A stretch of 64,000 nucleotides of DNA from Centroscyllium fabricii (Eukaryota): NCBI GenBank assembly GCA_051313645.2, contig JBNRSN020000018.1, forward strand, positions 15,500,001 to 15,564,000, given 5' to 3'. Under the pieces are notes generated by a model that ran no database searches, was not told the origin of the DNA, and saw nothing but the letters and a program-made list of their open reading frames with translations. Of this stretch, positions 38,387 to 51,802 are shown piece by piece. Numbering within the stretch: position 1 is the first letter of the stretch; each line of letters begins with the position of its first letter. The translations under genes and the position numbers were made by a program.

Positions 38387-38663
38387 TGTGGTTCACACTG
38401 TACGGTTATTGTATATAGTTTTGTTTAATGTGTTTGTTATATATCTGTTAATGTCTTTACCTTTCTGTAAGGACCTGTACCGGCTGACCCCGCCTCTGGG
38501 TACTAGTATAAAGGAGAATGCTCCGCCCACTTATCTCTCATTCCGAGCGGGCTCATCGGGGACACGGTTCAGTTCCTTGTGAATAAAAGCCACTTATTTA
38601 AGAACTCGCTGCCGTCTTTGATTTGAGGCATCTCAGACAGGCAAAGAATTATTACTCGTAACA
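38387..38663 (+). mobile_element. Probable solo LTR
   Basis: TG...CA, TATAAA then AATAAA; no matching TSD found. Confidence 0.5.
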
Positions 38664-38689
38664 TATACCATGTGTCGAGGCACATTAAT

Positions 38690-39452
38690 GGCCCAGAAAT
38701 TAGCCTTGGAGTCTTCCTGCGAGTGCAAGGCTCCAAGTTACACTTACCCTGCACTTTTGCCGTTTTGAAATTCTACGATGTGAACTCCCGAGTTGCACAG
38801 CTGCTGAAAGCTCTATGCGACCTGCTGGTGCAACTCAACGGCGCAATTAATGGGAGATATCGCACAAGACCACGTGATCGGCAGGGAGCCAGTCAGTGGA
38901 AGCAATCCTCCATTCAAAACTTACACGGAGAAATCTGTGTAAGTTTTGAAAAGGAAGAGCTTCAAAAACACATCTAAACACAAAAATAAAATTTAAAAAA
39001 CACCACATTTTTGAACAATACTCTAACTAACATAAATGACCTATTTTAAAGAAAAAATAAAAGTTTAGAAACAAATTTAAAGTCTTTAACTGGCCTAAAA
39101 GAATACTTACCTGTCTTTAAAGTTTAAAAAAATTAAAAACCTGTAAAAACAATACTTACATTCTATTAAATAAAGACTTACCTGCTAAAAACAGCTGCTT
39201 ATGTCTGATATTTTTAAGTGTAAAATCTTCAATACTTACTCCGATAAAAAACTCACAAAATAATCGGAAGTGCACTGCGCACCTCCTGGTGCGCAGGCGA
39301 ACACGACCCAGATCACAGCAGCTCTCGAACCCCCGCTGGCCGCCTTCGGAAATGCAGGTAGCAGCTGGAAACGGCTGCTCCCTGCAATTCGGAGCTCGGG
39401 TGCGCTAACACCCAGCTCAAAAACCTCCCGCGCTCATCGGGAGTTCTGGCAC
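38690..39452. mobile_element. Harbinger-type MITE (F1)
   Basis: GGCCCAGAAATT left end, degenerate right end, flanks AAT/ATT. Confidence 0.75.
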
Positions 39453-39510
39453 ATTAAGTGATTTCATGTTCACTTACCCACCAGTCCTACCTTTTTTTAA
39501 AAAGTGTATT

Positions 39511-39734
39511 TGATAGGCTATCAATAATCCAAGCGAGAGGTTTAAGGACTTAAAAGTAGGCTTTTAATAACTAAGAACTGTGGTGCATGATCCTACACTG
39601 AGCTTTCCAGGCCGAATGGCGGAGCCCAACATATACAATAGATAAAGGTGGACGGTACATACATTCCATACATTCACAGTGCAGGTAAATCCAGGTGAAA
39701 AGCACAGTCTGATGAACATATATATTTCATCACA
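39511..39734 (-). mobile_element. Short solo LTR (224 bp)
   Basis: TG...CA, TSD GTATT/GTATT. Confidence 0.8.
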
Positions 39735-40172
39735 GTATTCATTCACGGGATGCGGACGTCGCTGGCAAGGCCAGCATTTATTGCCCACCCCTAATTGCCC
39801 TTGAGCAGCTGGTGGTGAGCTGCCACCATGGACTGCTGCATTTTGTAGCGGTTTGGTACAACTGAGTGGCCATTTAAGATGCCTCTGATCGGGAAAATTC
39901 CATGCACTTACCTGCTGGCTCCGTAGGTCCCGAGACTTCTGATCCTGGGTATCTCCTGGTGCGTGCGCAGAGAGGCCCAGGTATTCCAGGGGCGCAGGCG
40001 GTTTGCAAGCGTCTCTGGGAGCCAATCAAAGGAGGGAATCTCCCCTTCACACTTTTGGCAGGTCTCTCTGTGTAAATCTGTCAAAAGTATGAATGGGGAT
40101 CACTCAGAAAATATACTAAAACATGAAATAATTATTCTTAAATCACATATTCAAAATTAGTTTAATTTACAT

Positions 40173-40463
40173 TGTAGGAATTGACGAATTCCAACGAAAA
40201 ACGGAGATCGACACAAGGGAACAATTAAACAGGTCTTTACTCAACGGAGTGGCCACAGGGACTGCCAGGACAGCCCCCGTGGTTTGCGACATGACGTCAT
40301 CGCGTTTGCCCGCGCTCTTAAAGGAGCCACGCCCTGGACATACAAACACTATATACAAAACACAGTAATGCCTAACACAATGGTACAGGTTTAGGCTGGT
40401 GTTAGAACATCGTTAAAGGGGATTATATACAGTTAGCCAGAGTCATTCTGTGGTTCTGCCACA
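40173..40463 (-). mobile_element. Solo LTR, 4-bp TSD (Gypsy-like)
   Basis: TG...CA, TSD ACAT/ACAT. Confidence 0.75.
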
Positions 40464-40872
40464 ACATTAAATTAAATATTTTAAACCAAAATTAAATTTT
40501 TTGATAAAAATAATTAAGGTTTTTTACAGGGCTAAAAATAAACTTACCATTTTTAAAAGTATTTTAACATTATAAATGAGTGTAATTTTTTTTAAAACTC
40601 TTATGCTGGTGAAAGCAGGCCTTACGCAGGCTTTTACCAGGCGTAAGATTGTTTAAAGGTTTTCAGCGGGCGGGGGTTCTGCGTAAAGCGGAACTCTCCC
40701 CCCACCCCGCGCAGAGGCTCTTCTCCAGGGCAGGCGGATGATCTGTCAAGAGGATTCTTCACAAATCGGAAGTGCCGGGATTCAACGCATGCGCTTCGCA
40801 TGCCTGAAACCGACATTTACGAGGCCCCTGTGGGTGTGAACGCACATCCTACGCTCATGTGGGGGTCACAAT

Positions 40873-41809
40873 GGGCCATGTTTTCCTGTGCTCCAGAGGA
40901 GCTTCACACCCACGAAGGGGGTTCAGAAATGCCTCGTGGGTGTGAAGCACGGGTGATTCCCACAAACGTCAATTTCCTGTGCTGATGGGGAAGGAGCTTC
41001 AGCTTCCAACGCAGGAAGACTTTGAACTGCCGATTTCCTGCAGCTGCTCAAAATGCGTGTGTTATCACGTGGACATTTCTGTCTTGAGCTGCACATTTAC
41101 AAATCAGTCGTTGATGGTGAGAAACATGTTGAAAAGCTTTAAAAGGTAAGTTTTTTTTTAATTCCTTTGGTGATGTGTGTGTGTGGTCTTTCAGCTTTTA
41201 AATGGAAGTGTTTTTTTTTCTTTTTGTTTAATTTTTTAAAAAACGGGTTTTTAAACGGGTTTTCAGCAGTTCTGGTGGCTTTTCTTAAAAGCACTTTTAC
41301 CTTATCTCAGAAGACAGCAGCTGGTTAATTTTTACCTTAGGAATGAGGAACCAGTGTTTAAAAAAGAAAATGCTGCAAAACTGTTAAAAACCTGTTTTTA
41401 AAAAAAAAAAAAAAAAATGGGTTTTTAACAGTTTTACAGCATTTTCTTTTTTAAACACTGGTTCCTCATTCCTAAGGTAAAAATTAACCAGCTGCTGTCT
41501 TCTAAAGTGCTTTTACATAGCTGCTGTTTTTGGTGGGGTTTTCAGATCTTTTCACCTGCTGAAAGCCTTTGCTTTCTGCAGGATTCTGTGCTTTGTGCGG
41601 GGGAAAAAGCCGACCTCAGTGGGCGTGGCCTGCTCACAACCCACGCACAAAGCACCTTGCAGCAACAAAAGCCAGACCCCCACGCAGCAAAAAAACCCGG
41701 CATTTTCAGCAGGAAATCGGCGTCAGAAAAAAAAAAATTACGTGCGCGTGCACCACGGGTGCACGGGAGCGCGCACCCGCGGCAAACGGGCCACAGGAAA
41801 ACATGGCCT
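40873..41809. mobile_element. Harbinger-type MITE (F4) with central palindrome
   Basis: 18-bp TIR GGGCCATGTTTTCCTGTG (1 mismatch), TSD AAT/AAT. Confidence 0.85.
41309..41503. repeat. Inverted repeat, 84-bp arms, 27-bp A-rich spacer
   Basis: 41309-41392 vs 41420-41503, one mismatch seen. Confidence 0.9.
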
Positions 41810-41846
41810 AATATCCGGCCCCATATGTTTTCCACTTCAGCCTGAA

Positions 41847-42195
41847 TCAAGGAGGCCCTCCTCGTTGGGCCTGGCCAAGGTGACCATTGACAGATCCAGG
41901 CAGCTTGCGGACGAGGGGCTCGTTCGGCCCAACTGCCCACCACTCTTCCGCGGCTATGTTCGCGCCCGGGTGTCCCCGGAGATGGAGCGCGCCGGTGTCT
42001 GCCAGCTATCTTGAGGCTTACCACGACCGGCGGGTACCGAAGGGACTGGGAGTGCTTCATCACCCCCCTTCCACCCCTGCCCCCTGAAGCAAAATTTTGA
42101 ATTATTTTTTACGTTTACTTCAAGAGTTTTTGTTCAAGTTACAGTTTTGTCGGCTGTGCCCTTTTACAAGGGGGGCACCTATTTCCTTTTTTTGT
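41847..42195 (+). mobile_element. Tx1/L1-clade LINE 3' fragment
   Basis: LGLAKVTIDRSRQ...LFRGYVRARVSPEME resembles a Tx1 ORF2 C-terminus. Confidence 0.6.
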
Positions 42196-42459
42196 TGGTG
42201 ATGGCACCAGCCCTCAATCACCGAAATTGAACAAAACCAGGCTACCTGAATCAATCAGAACAACAAGCACCAGAGGCCATGCATGTCACCAGGCGAATCA
42301 GCTGACTTTTTGCAGGTTTGACCTTATTATATGTATGGTTCGCAGCTTAACAAGTGGCTCAGTCGCTTAATTCCAGGTGTTTCCTTGATTGGCTCCTCAG
42401 TGGTACATTAATTTCAATGCGCCTGACCTCCATTCTGAGAGAAAAAAATCGCATTCAAT

Positions 42460-43249
42460 CGGGGGGATTTTGCGGGACGAGCGGGAACCTGGCGGGGATT
42501 GGTCGGGGCGGGTTCCTGACCCGCCTGGCCAAGGGCCTGGGAAGGCCACACTATTTTTGACTAATTAGTCAATTAAATTCCCGCTTGCGGGATGCCTGAG
42601 CTAACTGTAGCAGTCCGGCGGCCAATTACGGCGCTGCAACTGCACCTTCAGGGAAATGCGGGAACTGTTTGTTTACAGTTCCCATAGAAACACTCCACTG
42701 TGACCTCACAGTGAAGTGTGACCAATGGGGAAAGGCATGTGCTGCTGAGTGACAGGTGGGCAGGCGGGCTTCAAATTTTTGACAGAGAGCCAGCGTCTGT
42801 CATTGGAGATGGGGAAGGCAGTTTTTGAAGTTTCTGCCCACAGCTGCTGCTGCCCTAAGGGAGTGACTTACTCCTGCAGTGTGGTGAAGGCCTGGGAAGC
42901 ATTTAGCTCCAGGGCCTTCAACACCTGGAAGGAGTAAGTTTTAAAATCATTGTGCTCCCGCTGGGTTTCACCCAGCGGGGTTTAGGATGGCGGGGTTAGG
43001 GTGGGAAGGGGCTGGAAATCCCCAAGGGCCCTTAAAATGGCATTACACATGCCAATTAAGGGCGCTCAATCATCTGATCAGCCATCCCCGCCGACCGCCG
43101 GCAGGAAAGATTCAGGTCGGGGAAACAGGCCAACCGAAAATGGAAAATTGGCGGGGATCCGGCGGGGAGGGGTGGGACCCGCCGGTTCCGCTATTTTGCC
43201 GGCCGGGCCGCCCAAAACCTCGCCTCACGGGGACATGAAAATACCCCCC
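42460..43249. mobile_element. Harbinger-type MITE (F3)
   Basis: Poly-G/poly-C ends, TSD AAT/AAT, homology to 19166. Confidence 0.8.
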
Positions 43250-43253
43250 AATG

Positions 43254-44477
43254 TGTGGTAAACCACTGTTGTTGTTGTTACTGTTGTAGTAACACAGAAG
43301 GTAGGAGCAGGAGTAGGCCATTCGGCCCTTCGAGCCTACTCCGCCATTTTGATGAGATCATGGCTGATCATCCAAACCCAGCACCCCCCTCCTACCCTCT
43401 CCCCATATTCCCGACACCTCCAACTCTAAGAACCATATCTCACACACATAGAATCATAGAATCATGAATCCCTACAATGCAGAAAGAGGCCATTTCGGCC
43501 CATCGAGCCTGCACCGACACATATCCCACCCTATGTTTTTGTTGTACTGATGTTCACTCTTCAATTCAATTCAATTCAATTCAAGTTTTATTGTCATTGC
43601 AGAGTACTAGTACAATACAACGAGACGAAGACTCGACTCTCCCGAGAGTAGTGCAAACAAAATAAATAAATTACATGCAAATTGCATACAGTAAAGTTCA
43701 TTATCAGGCGTGCAGGTACCGGAGTTTCTTTTTAGAGTTCAGGAGGCTGACAGCCCTGGGGAAGAAGCTGTTCTGAAATCTAGTCGTGCGGGTGCAAATT
43801 GCTCTGTAGCGTCTCCCGGAGGGCAGAGGGGCGAACAGACTGTGGCTGGGGTGTGTGGGGTCTTTAATAATGTTCATGGACCTCCGTAAGCAGCGTTTGA
43901 GGTAGATGCTTTCCATTGACGGTAGCTGTGTACTGGTAATTCGTTGGGCAGTTTTGACAACCCGTTGCAGGGTTTTCCGGTCCGAGATAGTGCAATTACC
44001 ATACCAGACAGTGATGCAGCTTGTCAGTATGCTTTCTATTGTGCAGCGGTAGAAGTTGGAGAGGATGCCGGATGACAGCCTGGCTTTCTTCAGCTTCCTT
44101 AGGAAGTACAGGCGCTGTTGGGCCTTCTTAACCAGAGAGGAGGTGTTTAGTGACCAGGAGAGGTCTTCCGAGATGTGGACCCCGAGGAACTTGAAGCTGG
44201 ACACCCTTTCCACCTCAGCCCCTTGGATGAAGATGGGGGGGGTGTCTTCTGCTTCCAGTCCTCCAGTCTTGCCCTGTATGTACCTTGTCTGTACATGTCT
44301 CTGCTGACTCCGCCTCTGGCTCCACCTTCAGGCCCAAGTATAAAGGTGACTGCTTCCCAGCCCCCCTGCATTCAGGACCAGGTGATCAGTAGAGGCAGGC
44401 TCAAGATCTTTAGTAAATAAAAGCCTGTTAGTTACTTTCTTAACTCCAGTCTTTTAGTAGTGATTGACTGAGCATCA
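43254..44477 (+). mobile_element. Solo LTR with nested HE1 tails and Rex fragment
   Basis: TGTGGTAAACC...GCATCA, TSD CAATG/CAATG, TATAAA at ~44339, AATAAA at ~44416. Confidence 0.8.
43560..44262 (-). mobile_element. Rex1/Babar LINE 3' fragment
   Basis: ORF 43704-44213 ERVSSFKFLGVHI...KAQQRLYFLRKL; (TTGAA)n tail. Confidence 0.9.
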
Positions 44478-44714
44478 CAATGTACAACCGTTGTGCTCAG
44501 AGCCAATGTCGTCCTTTATCTCGAGTCCCTTGCTGTTCTCACCGGCCTCCAGTTGCCAGTTACATTTTTAAATCCAGAAAAGATGTGACTATCCCATTAG
44601 TTCTTTCCTAACATTACAAGTGTTGAGTTTTATGTTAAAAGCAGCTCTGTGGACACCTTAAAAATGTCAACAATTTTTCAGGATTATGGCCCATCGCTGG
44701 CAAAGCCGGTGTTT

Positions 44715-46690
44715 ATTGCCCTCATCCATGCCTTTGTTATCTCTAGACTTGACTATTCCAGCGCACTCCTGGCTGGCCTCCCACATTCCACCCTACGCAA
44801 ACTTGAGGCGATCCAAGACTCGGCTGCCCGTGTCCTAACTCGCACCAAGTTCCGTTCAACCAGCACCCATGTGCTCGCTGACCTACATTGGCTCCCGGTT
44901 AAGCAGCACCTCGATTTCAAAATTCTCATCCTTGTTTTCAAATCCCTCCATGTCCTCGCCCCTCCCTACCTCTGTAACCACTGTACATGGCCTTCTTTGA
45001 TCTCACAAAGGCCTTCGATACTGTCAACCATGAGGGATTATGGAGTGTCCTCCTCAAATTTGGCTGCCCTCAAAAGTTTGTCACCATCCTCCGCCTGCTT
45101 CACGACGACATGCAAGCCGTGACCCTGACCGACGGTGCCACCACAGACCCAATTCATGTACGAACTGGGGTCAAGCAAGGCTGTGTCATTGTACCAACGC
45201 TCTTCTCGATCTTCCTTGCTGCAATGCTCCATCTCACCCTCAGTAAGCTCCCCGCTGGAGTGGAACTAATTTACAGAACAAACGGGAAATTGTTCAACCT
45301 CCGTCGCCTCCAGTCCAGATCCAAGGTCGTCCCATCCTCTGTCGTCGAATTACAGTATGCAGATGAAGCTTGCATCTGCGCTCAGTCGGAGGTCGAACTC
45401 CAAACCATCGTCAACACCTCCACCGAAGCATGGGCCTTACACTAAACATCCGTAAGACAAAGGTCCTCTACCAACCTGCCCCGCCACACAGTGCTAACCC
45501 CCGAGTATCAAAATCCACGACAAGGCCTTGGACAATGTGGACCACTTTCCTTACCTTGGGAGCCTACTGTCAAAAAGGGCAGATGTCGATGACAAAGTCC
45601 AACACCGCCTTCAGTGTGCCAGTGCAGCCTTTGGTCGCCTGAGGAAGAGAGTGTTTGAAGACCAGGACCTCAAACCTGGCACCAAGCTCATGGTCTACAG
45701 AGCAGCAGTGATACCCACCCTGCTGTATGCCTCAGAGACATGGACCATGTATAGCAGGCACCTCAAAGCACGGGATAGGTATCACCAACGCTGCCTCCGC
45801 AAGATCCTGCAAATCCATTGGCAGGATAGGTGCACCAACGTCAGTGAACTTGCTCAGGCCAACATCTCCAGCATCGAAGCTTTGACCACGCTTGATAAGC
45901 TCTGATGGACATGTCACATTGTCCGCATGCCCAATACGAGACTCCCAAATCAAGCACTCTACTCGGAGCTCCTGCACGGCAAGAAAGCCCCAGGTGGGCA
46001 GAGGAAATGCTTCAAGGACACCCTCAAAGCCTCCTTGAAAAAGTGTAACATCCCCACCGACACCTGGGAATCCCTGGCCCAAGACCGCACAAAGTGGAGG
46101 AGAAGCATCTGGGAAGGCGCCGAACACCTCGAGTGTCTTCGCCGGGAGCAAGCGGAAGCCAAGCGCAAACAGCGGAAGGAGTGCACATCAACTCAAGCAC
46201 CCCACCCACCCGCTCCTTCAACCACCGTCTGCCCCACCTGTGACATAGACTGTCGGCCCCGCATTGGACTCATCAGTCACCTGCAAATTCATTTTTAATG
46301 TGGAAGCATGCCATCCTCGGTTCTGAGGGACTGCCTAAGAAAGAAGAACCTCCTTCAGCCCCACAACCCCCCAAGATATCTGCGCTCCTCTAATTCTGTC
46401 CTCTTGAACATCCCTGATTATAATTGCTCAACCATTGGCGGCCGTGCCTTCTGTTGCCTGGGCCCTAAGCTCTGGAATTCCCTGCCTAAACCACTCTGCC
46501 TCTCTACCTCTCTTTCCTCCTTGAAGACACTCCTTAAAACCTACCTCTTTGACCAAGCTTTTGGTCACCTGCCCTAATTTCTCCTTATGTGGCTCGGTGT
46601 CAAATGTTTTGTCTTCTAACACTCCTGTGCAGCGCCTTGGGACGTTTTACTACGTTAAAGGCGCTATATAAATACAAGTTGTTGTTGTTA
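44715..46690 (+). mobile_element. L2 3' fragment split by RTE
   Basis: LIHAFVISRLDYSSALLAGLP...LHWLPV; resumes at 46347; (GTT)n tail. Confidence 0.85.
44980..46346 (+). mobile_element. RTE-clade LINE, 5'-truncated
   Basis: FDLTKAFDTV, GVKQGCV, LQYAD, FPYLGS, LLYASETW, C-terminal CPTC..H; (AAG)n tail; AACC duplicated. Confidence 0.9.
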
Positions 46691-47000
46691 TTCCTAGAAG
46701 ATAAAAGACATGTTGAGCATAAGTGGCAGAGTCAGGAGAAAGACATGGAGTGGGGGGGAATAATTTTCACCTTTATCGCCTGGGTGCTAATCCAGTGGAG
46801 TGGATTGCCTGGCCATTGTAGAACCTGCCCGATTTTTAATCTATTGGTTTCAATTGGGTAATAATTGAATGGGTTCTTCAATGGGCCGGCAACCTGCTCT
46901 TCTGTGATGGTGAAAATGAGAGAGGAATGAGACAGAAAGAAAGACCTGCATTTCTATAGCGCCGTTCAGACCTCAATGCATCCCAAAGTGCTTTGAAGTA

Positions 47001-47645
47001 CAGGAATCACTCCCTAACCGCGGGGGATACATCCCTGAAACCCCCCGTGGTTAGTAACATAGAAGATATGAGCAGGAGTAGGCCATTCGGCCCTTCGAGC
47101 CTGCTCCACCATTCAATGAGATCATGGCTGATCATCCAAACCCAGCACCCCGCCCCTGCCCTCCCCCATATCCCTATCGAGCCTGCACCGACACATATCC
47201 CACCTTATCCCAGTAACCCCACATATTCAATCCCTGTAACACTAAGGGTCAATTTATCCTGGCCAATCAACCTAACCCGCACATCTTTGGACTGTGGGAG
47301 GAAACCGGAGCACCCGGAGGAAACCCACGCAGACACGGGGAGAATGTGCAAACTCCACACAGATAGTACCCGAGGCTGGATTTGAACCCGGGTCTCCAGT
47401 GCTGTAAGACAACAGTACTAACCACTGTGCCACCGTGCTGTCGTGCTAGTAAAACCGCAGTTGGCAAATTCAGTCAAACACAATAAAAAAGAATATAAAA
47501 AGCATAAAAATCATGTTACTTACCTTATTCCTAAATTTAAAAACCTTGGATACACCAACTTCACTGGCAAAAATAGTCGCAGAGTGGAAACCGTGTATAC
47601 GTGAAATCCGTGTATGGCAAAACCGCGGTTGGGGCGGGATTCCTG
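47001..47645. mobile_element. pogo/Tigger-like MITE with nested HE1 (47056-47442, minus strand)
   Basis: 23-bp imperfect TIR CAGGAATC...AACCGCGG, TA TSD. Confidence 0.85.
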
Positions 47646-49170
47646 TACTGGTGTAGTCACTCTTGGAAGAGAGAGATTTAGTGAGGAAGTTGAAGGGGGT
47701 GGGCCCAGGACACCTGATAGCTCTGCATCTGATGATGGGATGGAGGGAGCGAGGGAGAGAGGCTGGGAAGGGGTTGCACAGGAGGGCAGAGTTGATGGAT
47801 CAAATCTCTTTGAACAGGACTTAAGGCTAGAGGAGCCCATGGAGTGGAGCGTGGCAAGCTGGTAGAGGGATTTATAAATGAGCATTTTGAAATTGATACA
47901 TGAAGTACAATCATGATTGAAAAATGCAGTAAGTACTGACAAGTTTCTGGAAGGTTCCACTAATCTTCGAAGTAATTGGTAAAAATGTAATTTTGCTGCT
48001 TTTAACAAGCGAGAAATGATCAAAATTTAATTTCCTCTCAAACCACTCTTGGAAATTGCAAAACAAATTATTAGTCCCAGTAATTTTATGATTTAGTTCT
48101 ATTTTCCAAGCTTAGTCGGAGTAGCTGGAAGTGCAGTGACTAATTCTTTTCCAGTACATCAGTCGGGTCAGGGAATTCTGAGAAATCTTGGCAGGAATTC
48201 CTCTTGTAACTTTAGCAAAGAGCTTTATGTATATTCAGCCTGCTTCTCAGCCTCAATGTGCTGACGGTGAACTCAATATTGTGGAGCTTGAGCTGGCTCA
48301 ATGACTTGACATACAATGAAACTCTGGCAGGACCAACGCCAAAAAAACAAATATATGAACTGGGAATAGGCCAGCCAGTGCTTGAAATACCTACGGCTTA
48401 GCAAGCCTCGCTGATGTTACCAGACTGATACCAGCCAAGAGTTCTCTGAATCCCTCACCCAATGGAAAGGCTGGATATGGATCAGTCACTGCCCTTCAGT
48501 CCATTGACCGACTCCTTCCAACATGCCGGGTAAAATCTCACGGCCTCTTCCCAACTCAGGTGAATAAGCACAAAAAAAAATTCCAAGCACTCGGTGAACT
48601 TTCTCTTGACCTCCTGAAGGCATTAAGAAATTTCCAACTATTGGTCTTACATTACAATCTATATTGTTCAACCCTGGCCAATTAAATTGTGCAATACTAT
48701 TTCCGTGGTCCCAACAGGACTATAGCCAGCAGGTTCCACATGGTATTCATCATCTGTCTGAGCTTAGTCTTATAACCTTTAATTCCTTTCTTCACCAGAT
48801 AGGCATGTAACTTTTAAGGAACTAATTAATGTAATCATTTTGATTGATGTCTATTCCACATTGGGGGAAAAAAAACCAAATTTTCCTCTCCCGGTTTCTG
48901 CCCTCCCTGCCTCTCCTGGAGGAATCCATGGACGTTGCCCAGCCACTCGGTAGAAATGACCATTATTCACCCTGAGCTTTGACTGGTTGTGGACACAATA
49001 ACATTTTTTTTAAAATCACGTTTTTAAATTGAGTTAAAATTAAAATAAATTAAATATTTTAAACAAAAATTAAAATTTTTGAAAAAATTTATTGAAGTTT
49101 TTTTTACAGGGCCAAAAATAAACTTACCTTTTTTTAAAGCATTTTTAAATGATAAATGAGTGAAAATATT

Positions 49171-50177
49171 GGGCCGGTATTTCCGACCCACGCATATCGC
49201 GTTTGAGCTCTGGTGCGAGCGCACCAGAGCTTAAACGCGCATGAAGCAGTCCAAAGATGTGCAGGTTAGGTTGATTGGCCAGGATAAATTGACCCTTAGT
49301 GTTAGGGGGATTGAATATGTGGGGTTATGGGGGTAGGGTGGGATATGTGTCGGTGCAGGCTCGATGGGGATCGAGGGATGTGGGGACAAGGCAGGGACAG
49401 GGTACTGAATTTGGATGATCAGCCATGATCTCATTGAATGGCGGAGCAGGCTCGAAGGGCCGAATGGCCGACTCCTGCTCCTATCTTCTATGTTTCTATG
49501 TTTGCGCTGCTTCATCTTTTCCGATGGTGGTCAGCAGGGGGGGCAGAGTTTGTGTGATGGCTATCGCAGGAACCAGCGCAGTACAGGGTGCACTGAAACA
49601 TTCCGATTTAAAAAAAAGTTTTTCTACGGACCAAGCACAGAAGATTTTACACTTGAAAAAAGGAGTCGTAAGCACCCATTTTTATCAGGTAAGTCTGTAT
49701 TTTATTGATTTTAAGTCTCCTTTTTTCAGGGTTTTAATTATTGTTAAATTTAAAGACAGGTAAGTATTTTTTTAGGCCTGTAAAACATTGAAAAAAAATT
49801 CCGTACATTTTTCTTTTTTCTTTAAAATAGGTTATTTAGTTGAAGAAATGTTAAAAAAATGTGGGGGTTTTAAAATTTTAATTTTGAGTTTAGATGTGTT
49901 TTGGAAGATCTCTCTTTTGAAAACTTACACAGATTTCTGTGTGTAAGTTTTTAATGGAGGATTGCTTCCATTGATTGGCTCCCTGCCAATCACGTGATCT
50001 CATGCGAGACTTCGAACTAATTACGCCGTTAAGTTGCCCACGGAGCTTGCACAGAGCTCTGTCAAGCTGTGCTAATCGGAAAGTCACAGTGGAAAAACTG
50101 AAAACTGAAAAAGTACTGGGTATGCGCTGATAAGAGCACTGCACCCGCATGAAAGCCCCAATCCTAATTTCTGGCCC
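49171..50177. mobile_element. Harbinger-type MITE (F1) nested in another MITE ending at 50518; contains an HE1 piece (49247-49502)
   Basis: GGGCC termini, TSD ATT/ATT. Confidence 0.75.
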
Positions 50178-50624
50178 ATTGTTTTTTTTTTCTTTTTTCA
50201 ACTCTTATGCAGGTAAAAACAGGCCTTACGCTTTACCAGGCGTAAGATTTCTAAGGGTTTTCAGTGGGCGGAGGTTCTCCAGAAAGTGGATTTCTCCCCC
50301 CCCCCCTCACCCCCCCGCCCCCCCCCCCCCCCACCCCACCCCCTCCGCAGAGGCCCTTCTCCTGGTCAGGCGGCCGATCTGTCAAGAGCATTCTTGCTGG
50401 ATTGGAGATGGCGGTTTTCAGCGCATGCGCTGTGCATGCGCTGAAACCGGCATTTCTGATGTCCCTACTGGTGTGTACACAGCTCGTACGCACCCATGGG
50501 GATCGGAAAATACGGGCCACTATCTTCCATCGTGGCCAAGTCCAATCCAATCTACCCCTATCCTCCACAGAGGCATACTTCCAGCAGGGATTACAGTCAC
50601 TATGGCCAATTTTGCTTTCCGTAA

Positions 50625-51802
50625 CCCAGGTGGTTCTACCCTATGCAAACGTGAGGTCAACCAAAACTCGGCTGCCCGTGTCCTAACTCGCACCAAGTCC
50701 CGTTCACCCATCACCCCCTGTGCTCACTGACCTACATTGGCTCCCGGTTAAACAACGCCTCAATTTAAAAATTCTCATCCTTGTTTTCAAACCCCTCCAT
50801 GGCCTCGCCCCCTCCCTATCTCTGTAATCTCCTCCAGCTCCACAAACCCCCGAGAGTGTATCTGCGCTCCTCTAATTCTGACCTCTTGAGCATCCCTGAT
50901 GTTAATCACTCAACCTTTGGTGGCCGTGCCTTCAGCTGCCGAGGCCCTAAGCACTGGAATTCCCTCCCTCAACCTCTCCGCCTCTCGACCTCTCTTTCCT
51001 CTGTAAAGACGCTCCTCAAACCCTACCTCTTTGACCAATCATAAGAACATAAGAAATAGGAGCAGGAGTCGGCCAATCGGCCCCTCGAGCCTGCTCCGCC
51101 ATTCAATAAGATCATGGCTGATCTGATCATAACCTCAATTTTATTTTTACTCTCCACCCTGCCCGAACCCATGTGATCTCCCGGGAGAGGCGAAAAACCA
51201 GATAAAAAACCCAGTGGCCAATTTGGGAGAAAAAATCTGGGAAATTCCTCTCCGACCCATCGAGGCGATCGAAAACTGGTCCAGGAGATCACATGGCCGA
51301 TCTGAACCTAGCCTCACATCCACTTACCTGCCTGCTCACTATAACCCCTAATTCCCTTTACTTCCAGGAAACTGTCTATCTCTGTTTTAAATTTATTCAA
51401 CGTAGTAGCTTCCACAGCTCTCTGGGGCAGCAAATTCCACAGCCCCACCACCCTCTGGGTGAAGAAATTCCTCCTCATCTCTGTCCTAAATGAGTTACCC
51501 CTTATCCTTAGACTATGACCCCTGGTTCTGGACTCTTTGACCATCGGGAACATTCTTCCTGCATCAAGTCTGTCCAGACCAGTTAGAATTTTATACGTTT
51601 CGATGAGATCCCCTCTCAATCTTCCAAACTCCAGAGAGTACAAACCCAGTCTACCCAGTCTCTCCTCAAACCTTTGGTCACCTGCCTTAATTTCTCCTTA
51701 TGTGGCTCAGTGTCAAATTTTGTTTGATAATCGAACCTGCGAAGCACCTTAGGACGTTTTACGATGTTAAAAGCACTATATAAATACAAGTTGTTGTTGT
51801 TG
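50625..51802 (+). mobile_element. L2 3' fragment split by a CR1 (51038-51667, minus strand)
   Basis: QNSAARVLTRTK motif, (GTT)n tail; nested ORF 51314-51643 is a CR1 C-terminus. Confidence 0.8.

Larger units (their letters stand above)
39880..41822. mobile_element. Harbinger-type MITE hosting an LTR and another MITE
   Basis: Homologous to the 49000-50518 element; right terminus atccggcccc resumes after the 40873 insert. Confidence 0.6.
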
